DNA of 64,000 nucleotides, from NCBI GenBank assembly GCA_012959435.1, contig DUDF01000116.1:5366-69365 (forward strand), written 5' to 3'. Source of the DNA: Candidatus Poseidoniales archaeon. GTDB lineage: Archaea > Thermoplasmatota > Poseidoniia > Poseidoniales > Thalassarchaeaceae. Of the stretch, positions 27,242-36,000 are shown piece after piece. Made by a program: the position numbers and the translations under genes. The notes below the pieces were generated by a model that worked only from the letters and a program-made list of their open reading frames with translations, was not told the origin of the DNA and made no database searches. The stretch's first letter is position 1, and each line of letters starts with the position of its first letter.

Positions 27242-30200
27242 TTACTGATTTGCAAAGGACTTAGCAGCTTCTTCCAATTCTTTACCATTGAGATAATTAT
27301 TACCATCTTTATCAAACTCAATTGCATGAGACATAAATGCTGCTTTGTCTGTGATATCATGTGCTTGCATCACTGAATCAACGACTGAATCTGAAAAATT
27401 GTATTGTGCTGCTGGGTGGTTTGCTGGAAGTTTCGCATCAACTTGAGGACTATCTAGGACATCAGTTCGTACCGCTGGTTGCGTAACCACCTCAGCACTA
27501 ACTGGACTGGTTTGTGGCACCTCTCCCTCACCTTGCTCAGCACGCCAAGTATCCACTTGCCATTGTGTCCATCCCTGAGCAATTAGCATCTCATCGGACC
27601 AACCCGAATAATCGGTCTCGAGACTAGGTGAATCAGTTGTTGGCTCAGATACTACTGAACTATCTGCGGTATTCTCAACAGGTTGCACGAAGCCATCAGG
27701 TGGAAGAGGTGTGGCATTCGGGTCAAACCCTGGTGGAGGTGGAGGTGGCGCATCAACATCAAACCCAGGAGGTGGAGGTGGTGAATCCATGGCTTCAACC
27801 ACTTCTAACACCTGTTCAGCAGGGTCTAATTCAAGGCCCTCATTTGATAACTGTCTGTTCATTGTTATCAACACAACAATTGCAATTAGTGCCACAATTA
27901 GCGCAATGTAAAGTAAAACAGTACCTGTTTGTTCAGTAAACTGTTGTGAAATAGCAGCACCATCACGAGCTACTGCAGGCTGGATTATCAATGGGTCAAG
28001 AGACATACGATCAAGAATGACATGGTTGTCTTTTACTATCAGTCGATAGCGCTCAACAGTCTCTTCATCAACCTTTGACGTCTGGATTGAAATCACGGAA
28101 GAGAAATTCCCATTGGCTCGTAATAAAGCATCAGTAGAAGCATTGTTGACATTTATCCAATCACCATCCTTGGTCTTTTGTTGCAAGGCAAAAGTAAGAG
28201 TACCCTCTTCACTATTTTCGTTAGCCCCGTCAATTAACAAACTAACGTTCTCACCCGACACAGGTGTAGCATCCGTCCAATAGACATCCAAGTCCATCAG
28301 AGTAACACTAGGGCCTACACGAACAATCCTCCATTGAGTAAGTGGAGTTTGTTCGGTATTATTTTCTGAAACATAGGGGTTCCCCGCAGCGTCTGCCCCA
28401 GTAACCCAAACATCAACCGTGTAGCCAGGGAGAAGTTCAGTAACTCCACCATCGGTTAGGTCAATTACACCAGTCCAGTGGCCATAGCCGTACTGTTCTA
28501 GGAGTGTTCCTAACTCTTGGGAACCTCTAGAAACCTCTGATTCCCCTGCCTTCACCTTGTAGTGTAAGACTGCAGTTCTTTGGGCTATGAATCCATGGTC
28601 ATCACTTGAATTAATGAAAACTGGAATATCTGATGCGTCTGTAATTGCGATATCACCTGATGGACTGATAGCATTAATCACTGGTGAATTACCATCAACT
28701 TCCAACAGGATTCTTGGCTGTTCTTCGCTTTCATCTGCAGCAAGACCCGGTAAATTTTCTAGCCATGCGATCATATCTAAATGTCCACTTCTGACATTGG
28801 GAACTAGAATGTCGCTAGTGAATTCGCCGTCATCTCTTGGCACTGCGCGCCATTCCAATTCAAGATTCCCAATTACGATGTCGAAAGCACCTTCTGGAGC
28901 AGGTGTCTCATCTTCACTGAATAGAATTCTGCCGCTAACTCTGATAACTTGCCCTGCTGCTATGGTCTCCTGTTCATCTCCGCCGTTGTAGAGGTTTCTT
29001 CCAGTCGCTAAATCAATCGCTGTGAAATGACCAGGGGCCATGTCAAAGCGAAGGTCATTATCTAGGCTCCAACGGTCATTACCAAGTCCATTGCGATGTT
29101 CAAAGCAAGCTATATCCTCCCCATCAAGGCAAGGCCAATCAGCGATTTCTATAACTGGAATAAATGTTGTATCGCCATTAGTATCCCAAATTTCGGAGAA
29201 ATGCCAAGTCAATTGGAATTGAATATCTAAATCAAGTGCTGTGTCATTAACGAAGGAGAAAGTGCTGTATAGGTTTGAAACTGCTAAACCATCACCACCT
29301 GACTCAAGATGCATTTTGATTCCACCGTCAGAAAGTTTAGTGAAATTCACCCAAATTGCTGTTTCATTCGCATCAATGTCGCTACCTAGTGCCATCTTGA
29401 TACTTTCAATATCATTCCAGCCATTATTATCCCAAACCCTCAGTTTGGCAATGTATTTTGTACCTGGATGCAACGGTGCTGAATCATCGTGGCCAACAAT
29501 AGTAGAATTACCATCAAGTACTAATTCTGGTTCAAATTCTTCACGGATTTTGTAAGTCACTAAATCAGCATCCCAGTCAGGAAGAGTTTGGGTTGGAAGT
29601 TCACCACATGGTGCATCGTCATCAAGACATACCGGGCCACCTCCCATCGCTAACACGTTTCCTTGTGCATCAGCACCAGACAAGAAGAAGGATACCATCT
29701 CTCCATGATGATTCATTGAATCTGTGATGAGACCTTCAAAAATATTGAGGCCACCGGGTTGTAGTTCTGGAGTTCTGAGTGAAAGTGTAGTGTACTCATT
29801 TTCATCTGGGATCTTATCATAATTCAAATCGTCTTGACCTTGGCGCCAGTAATGTAGAGTGAGTAAGGTTGGTGGGTCGACAGAGTCCTGTACAACTATT
29901 CTTATTGGCTGGTTAGGGCTACCCTTATGCCTCTCAGTACCATCTTCTGGAGTTGCTCCAATCACCAATGGGCTATTTCCATCTAAGACAATTCTTACTG
30001 AGTTAAATTCAGGATTGATATATGTTGAACCATTTTGGAGATTCACCGCTTTTATTCGGAAAAGCATCCCACCCGGTGATGACTCAATTGGCGAGGTGAT
30101 TGTCAATGAGTATTGCCCATGGCTTGGATTTGGCTCAATGTGGAACTGCTTCTCGGGCTCTTCAGGAATCCCATTCATGGATAGATTCTGGCCAGTCAAT

Positions 30201-32815
30201 TCAATACTAAATTGACCCGCATGCGGAGTATAAGTTGTCCCTTCGAACACAATACCTCCTTGGAATGTCATTTGTAGACCGCCTCGCATCCAATCATTAC
30301 CTTCAAGAATTCTTCCAGTTTCATCAGTCACTCCTAATTCAAGCAACACAATATCGTTTTCAACTCGAATATCCATGCCATCTGTTAACCAACCATTCAC
30401 TTGTCGGCCAATGTCATCGTCAACTATTATTTTTGCTTCAACATCCAATTCATCATTCCATTCCCAAGTTGATTCTATCGGGAAAAGTAATGAAAGATAT
30501 CCATTACTATCTGTGGATGATGAGCAGTTTCCAGCATCAAAACGAACTAAATTATCGGTGTTACTCACTAAATCACAAACATTACCACTCTGCCACTGTA
30601 ACACCGAATTATTACGGCCATTAGCCATTAGTTCAACTTGCACCTGAGTAATGCGATCTGCTTCATCACCTTCAGCTACTCTAACTAGTAACACACGAGT
30701 ATCACCATCTGGGACCAATATGTTCCCTTCAATTTCAGCACTGAGAGCACGAGTATTCATACGGTATGTGATATCAAGATTTGAAACTTTGATTCGCCCT
30801 GGTGAGCCAGCCGATAATCCCAGTGTGACGTTTGAAACACCTTCTCCATTGTCAATGATATGACTATTAAATGCACTAACTAGTGCCGCACCACTGATAT
30901 CAATTGGAGAATTCAATAAGCCGGTGCCAATGTATTCGTTGGTATTGTCTGCGCCAATATCAAGTCTAACTGCTGTAGGATATCCTTCTTCGTAATCAAG
31001 AGTAAAGGAATCAAGTAATGGAGTAAGTCCAGAATCTGTGGAGGAAAAACTGACTCGGTACTTTAGAGCAGACCCTTGGGTTTGCAATTCTATCAACTGG
31101 TTATTAGTTGCAGAATGCCAATTACTTCCATTGTCATTGCTAACCTCGACACTGAGTGAAGTACCAAGGGGAATAGTTTCAGTCCATTGTGGTTGCAAAG
31201 TACCTACTTGAGTACCCGTTGGTATCTCCGGAGAGGTCCAAGTACCAGATGTCGCATATGAGGTACCATATTCCATTGATAACCACCATGAAACAGCAGT
31301 TCCACCAACCAATTGTAACTTCCAACGCAAATGGTTTCCCGGATTTGAGAAATGAACTGTTTCATTATTTGTGACTTGGATCCAGTGAGTACCATTATCG
31401 GCACTAACCCAATAATCAACTCTGTCACCTGTTGAGGTCGCTGACCATGAGGTTTCCAAATTTGCCATTATCACGTCATCATTGGTAATAATTGGTTCTG
31501 ATATCCAACTAGCAGTCCCTGGTTGCGCCGAAATTGGATATGCCCATCCAGTCCCATATTCACGATAATATCGTGCAGACCACATGTAGTGGTCAATCAA
31601 GGATATCCTTGAACCATCGTAATAGAGACCAAATCCACGAGCAGTGATAGAACGCTCACCAGTTTGTTTTGCAAGAGTGGTTGATGTACCACTGATTGCA
31701 TAAGCTTCCAATCGGTCTTGATAGTAATTGAATTGACTTCTGAAGAAGAACATGTTGTTGTGAGCTACCAAACCATTTTGCTCACTATAACTAGAAAAGT
31801 AAGAGTATTGTAAATCCGTGTCCCTATCAAAAGAACCATCAGAGTTGAATGTGTAGGGAGTAACGGTGTTCCTTACTGAATGGAGAACCCAAATTAGGTC
31901 ACGACTCCTATCATAGGATATCCCTGTATAGGGACCATAGGAGTTTGAGGAAAGGTCGTAAGTGTTCTCACAAGTCCACACATCTTCGTAGCGAATATCA
32001 AACACCACCATCACTAATTCACTAATTGAGGCAGATTGCCTGTTCAATCCAAGAATACCGTACAACTTCTCGTCATCACCGATTGTCCAATCTCTGAATC
32101 CATAGTATGCGCTCCAAGTTGAGCCTGCGGGAGATGGAATGTTACAATTCCCTTCAACTATCGCGACGCTAGAAGCGGTACTGAGGTTGTTTGGATATGT
32201 CTTCTTCACGACTTGGTTAAGTGTGGTTGAGGCAAATGTCGAAACATAAGTCCAACCGCGGTAGTTGAGAGTTGCGCCTGCACCTTGATTTCCAAATGGC
32301 GAGGTAACTGTTCGCTGAGGATTGAATCTTGTTTCTGAGGCGTTGGATGTATGAGGTTGGCGAATTGAAAAAGAGCCATTATGGTTCCAAGCATTTCCAG
32401 AAGTTGGTGTTTCGTCAACTTGATGGGCTGAAAAATTTAGATCTGAAGATGCCAACCCCAGAGATATAGAGTCGGAACGAGGGTCTGTATCGACGGCATC
32501 TCCCACTACCCAATCTGCTCTAGAGGTTTGTTGAATCTGATTCCAACCGGTTGAAGATGCCCCTGAAAGAGTCATTTCCACAGCTGTAACTTCTGCCCCT
32601 TTTGGTAAAGAAACTTTGATGTTGGTTGCTTTTTGACCACTTTGATAGAGGGCTACCGCTTCAATCGAACCATCTGTAAAGGTGTAGATATGCCTTGAAC
32701 CACCAGATGCTTCAGCAACATCACTGGTGAGGTCCAACAGTGGTGCTAGTGAAGAAAGAATAAACAACAAAACTAGCATTGAGGGAATGTGTCTTCTGTT
32801 TACTTCACCCGGCAT
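27242..32815 (-). CDS. Giant (1,857 aa) secreted single-pass surface protein with Pro-rich and EF-hand-like cytoplasmic tail
   Basis: Signal peptide, propeller-like and Ig-like beta regions (VSADNGTHW and VSNDNGSNW Asp-box-like motifs; DAQGN and DAAGN), TM VLLYIALIVALIAIVVLITM, PPPPPGFD repeats, DKDGNNYLNGKE. Confidence 0.85.
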   Translation of the reverse strand: MPGEVNRRHIPSMLVLLFILSSLAPLLDLTSDVAEASGGSRHIYTFTDGSIEAVALYQSGQKATNIKVSLPKGAEVTAVEMTLSGASSTGWNQIQQTSRADWVVGDAVDTDPRSDSISLGLASSDLNFSAHQVDETPTSGNAWNHNGSFSIRQPHTSNASETRFNPQRTVTSPFGNQGAGATLNYRGWTYVSTFASTTLNQVVKKTYPNNLSTASSVAIVEGNCNIPSPAGSTWSAYYGFRDWTIGDDEKLYGILGLNRQSASISELVMVVFDIRYEDVWTCENTYDLSSNSYGPYTGISYDRSRDLIWVLHSVRNTVTPYTFNSDGSFDRDTDLQYSYFSSYSEQNGLVAHNNMFFFRSQFNYYQDRLEAYAISGTSTTLAKQTGERSITARGFGLYYDGSRISLIDHYMWSARYYREYGTGWAYPISAQPGTASWISEPIITNDDVIMANLETSWSATSTGDRVDYWVSADNGTHWIQVTNNETVHFSNPGNHLRWKLQLVGGTAVSWWLSMEYGTSYATSGTWTSPEIPTGTQVGTLQPQWTETIPLGTSLSVEVSNDNGSNWHSATNNQLIELQTQGSALKYRVSFSSTDSGLTPLLDSFTLDYEEGYPTAVRLDIGADNTNEYIGTGLLNSPIDISGAALVSAFNSHIIDNGEGVSNVTLGLSAGSPGRIKVSNLDITYRMNTRALSAEIEGNILVPDGDTRVLLVRVAEGDEADRITQVQVELMANGRNNSVLQWQSGNVCDLVSNTDNLVRFDAGNCSSSTDSNGYLSLLFPIESTWEWNDELDVEAKIIVDDDIGRQVNGWLTDGMDIRVENDIVLLELGVTDETGRILEGNDWMRGGLQMTFQGGIVFEGTTYTPHAGQFSIELTGQNLSMNGIPEEPEKQFHIEPNPSHGQYSLTITSPIESSPGGMLFRIKAVNLQNGSTYINPEFNSVRIVLDGNSPLVIGATPEDGTERHKGSPNQPIRIVVQDSVDPPTLLTLHYWRQGQDDLNYDKIPDENEYTTLSLRTPELQPGGLNIFEGLITDSMNHHGEMVSFFLSGADAQGNVLAMGGGPVCLDDDAPCGELPTQTLPDWDADLVTYKIREEFEPELVLDGNSTIVGHDDSAPLHPGTKYIAKLRVWDNNGWNDIESIKMALGSDIDANETAIWVNFTKLSDGGIKMHLESGGDGLAVSNLYSTFSFVNDTALDLDIQFQLTWHFSEIWDTNGDTTFIPVIEIADWPCLDGEDIACFEHRNGLGNDRWSLDNDLRFDMAPGHFTAIDLATGRNLYNGGDEQETIAAGQVIRVSGRILFSEDETPAPEGAFDIVIGNLELEWRAVPRDDGEFTSDILVPNVRSGHLDMIAWLENLPGLAADESEEQPRILLEVDGNSPVINAISPSGDIAITDASDIPVFINSSDDHGFIAQRTAVLHYKVKAGESEVSRGSQELGTLLEQYGYGHWTGVIDLTDGGVTELLPGYTVDVWVTGADAAGNPYVSENNTEQTPLTQWRIVRVGPSVTLMDLDVYWTDATPVSGENVSLLIDGANENSEEGTLTFALQQKTKDGDWINVNNASTDALLRANGNFSSVISIQTSKVDEETVERYRLIVKDNHVILDRMSLDPLIIQPAVARDGAAISQQFTEQTGTVLLYIALIVALIAIVVLITMNRQLSNEGLELDPAEQVLEVVEAMDSPPPPPGFDVDAPPPPPPGFDPNATPLPPDGFVQPVENTADSSVVSEPTTDSPSLETDYSGWSDEMLIAQGWTQWQVDTWRAEQGEGEVPQTSPVSAEVVTQPAVRTDVLDSPQVDAKLPANHPAAQYNFSDSVVDSVMQAHDITDKAAFMSHAIEFDKDGNNYLNGKELEEAAKSFANQ

Positions 32816-33003
32816 AGAGTTCCCTCATCCTATCACAAAATACCCCTACCTATCAATTCTCCCCCATGTGGTCAAATCTGACTCTGGCCTATGGCCAGAT
32901 GTCATTAGCCCTTCCGAATATCATTCCAAGGGTTGTAATAGAAATAAAAACGAATCATAGACTACCAAAACTACAGAGCAATCATTTGCAAAATTTAATG
33001 CTT

Positions 33004-36000
33004 TCAACCACTGTTTGTAGTACGGTCATCGTAACGAATTGGAGATGGCCCGTTACCGCGTATTCCATCAAGCATATCATTTTCAATTTCAAACCAATCA
33101 TTGAGCCAATCACCATCGGTATCCCAATTGATTGGATTCGTGCCATCAGCAATCATATCACCGTCATAATCTAACAACCACCAACCATACACATTCTCAC
33201 CTAAGCCAGTGTTTGGCAAATGATATTGGTCTCCGAAAACACGACCCCAGTCCGCCGTCCAATCCCCCTTCACAATAGGTGTGTCATCCGAACCGTTGAT
33301 GGTAAGATAATCATTATCATGGTCGTCAACAATTAAGGCATAGAGTTCGTCTGAAATTTGATTGACCCTAAACATCCTTAGATAGTTCCAATCGTACTCA
33401 TTTGACCTACCCTTTGCCAACAAAGCATTTTGTAACTCCCACCATTCCTGGGGCACGATTTGAATCGGAGGATCTGTACCCGCAATGGTCACAGGAGTTG
33501 CCCGCGCTAATGTTGCAGAGGTGATAGATTGATTTGTCAAGCCGAAGAATTCTTGGAAATTATTGTACGGAGTGTATGTGCATCCTGCATTACTACAATC
33601 CCAATTCCCATCTCTATCAGGGTCTTGGAGTGAATCGGAAGGATCGGTTGGGTCAAAGGTAACCCAAGTCCAGTTTAGAAGTGGCCTCTCAAGGAGACCC
33701 CCATTCTCATGCAAAGGACGCATAGCAACGCTTCCAAGAATTGAATACTGTTCCCACACGACTTCTACCTGCTGATATGATGACCAATTATCATTGGTTT
33801 CATTCCAACCAAATTTCAACTCATACCAATCAGGGAGCATATCCCAATCAGTATCATTGTCTGTGGCGTCACTACCATACTTGAACACCTCTCGGCCATC
33901 AGTCAAATCCCAACTACGATAGTAGTCATCAGTAATCATTGGGTCAAAGGAGTTAGCCACATGAACCATATTGACAGCGTCACCATCAGTATCATTGAGG
34001 TCGGGACGAGTACCATTGTCATACTCCATCCAGTTAGTGAAGAATAGAGGGTTGTTACCGGGCGCGTATTGGTCCTCTATCGCACCAGGTGTGAAAGCGT
34101 GATTAGTCCATCTACCTTGTTCGGCTGGTGTGTCTCCACTAGTCCTGTCAAACCAACCATCCTCGTCCGGGTCATAGTCAACATCAAGCGGGTTAACCGG
34201 ATTTAATGTCCAACGATATTCGTTTACAGGCATCACTTCTTGATAGGCACCATAACAAAATTCCCAACCATCTGGTAATCCATCCATATCGCTGTCCGGG
34301 TGAGTTGGATCAGAGATTCCAAGCAGACTAATGTTGAAATTGTCACTCCATGCGGTATTTATTCTTGCAAGACGTTCAGTACTGGTTACGTCCTTGGAGG
34401 CAAAAATATTGACGATTGCTTGTCTTGCATCTTCCCAATTTAATGAATTCTCACTCATTTGAGCAGCAATAGCATCATCGCCAAAATCAATCAAACCAGA
34501 ACCCGGCGGGAACATATAACGCATTGATTCCTTGCCATAGATTCTTGCTTCGTATTCTCTAAGATTAGTGTAGCGTTCACTCATCTGAATTACGCCATCT
34601 TCATTACAATCATAAGAATCATCATCACTATCAGCATCAATATCGGATTGCGTTAGTGGATTCATTGACCATCGGTTTTCGTCTAAATCCCATTCTGTGA
34701 ACCAATATTCGTACCCATCTATCATACCATCATCATCTGTATCATTATTTGTTGGATCTGTAATACCAATTAGAGTCGCTAATAATGGCCTTGCCACTCC
34801 TGTTGAAACCCATTCCGAATGTTGATCAAGTGCCAAAAATGCGCGGCCAAGTTTGTTGTCAAGAATTGACTGAACTCTGCTAGTGAAGTTTTGAGGTTCG
34901 AGGGCGTATGCCTCTTCCCACATCTTAGGTGCGTCAGGCGGTGCAAGTCCACCGTTGAGAGGATTCTCAAATGTCAAATTTAATTCTTGACGGTCGGTAA
35001 GTGAATCTTGATCACCATCACCCCCACCATCATTTGCGACTAGAGGGTTTAGTGACCAATTAGCAAATGTAGAGTTCCATTGAGTGAATAGTAATTCAAT
35101 CCCATCAAGTAAACCATCGCCATCGCTATCAGCATTATTTGGGTCACATGTAGCGCCACTCATTGTATACTGAGTTGGAGAAACGTATGAACCAAACGAA
35201 GGAGTTCCTACTGCAAGATTCCACGGAGTCAAAATTAGGGTATTACCTAACTTAAACGGATGGTACTGGGGTGATGTCTGATTCTCGTTGGTCTCAGTTA
35301 CATTTGCATCTATGCTGTTATATTCCTCCCAATTAGTCATACCATCACCATCTGGGTCGTTGAAAATATCACTCTCATTGAGAGGGTTCAAAGTCCACAT
35401 GGAATCAAAAGTATCCCAACGCGCAAACCAAACTTCCCAACCGTCAGGCATTCCATCACCATCCGTATCGGCAGACAATGGATTAGCGGAACCACGATCA
35501 GTCAATGGCATACCAGGAACGCTAACTATGGTAGTAACACTAACGGATTCGCCAAACGGTCTTGACGCACTAGACACCCATGTATCATTCCACAACGATG
35601 TAGAAAACCCGTCTGGCAAAGGTGCACCACTTTCAGTGTAGTTGCCAAAAATTTGGTCATCTCGAATATGATATTCCATCCAATTGCTGAATTCTTCTTC
35701 AACTTGGATTACTCCATCATGATTAGCGTCGTATCCATCCCCATCAGGATTTGAAAATGCATCACTACCATTTAGAGGATTGATGCCAATATTGGAGATT
35801 AACCAAGTGCATGAATATCTTGATTCCCAACCATCAGGTAAAGAATCACCATCTGAATCAGGGTTGTTTGGGTCAATCTTTGACCAAGAAGCGGCGGCTT
35901 CTGCTGTCTCACCGAATGCAGGTAATCCATCAGCTAATGCTGCTTGCAACAGTAATTCCCATTGATATTCACACAAATTAGACAGCCCATCGCTATCTGC

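Noticed and set aside
27690..27790. GGTGGAGGT-rich repeats resembling a G-quadruplex or tandem repeat element
   Set aside because: Explained by polyproline codons on the minus strand.
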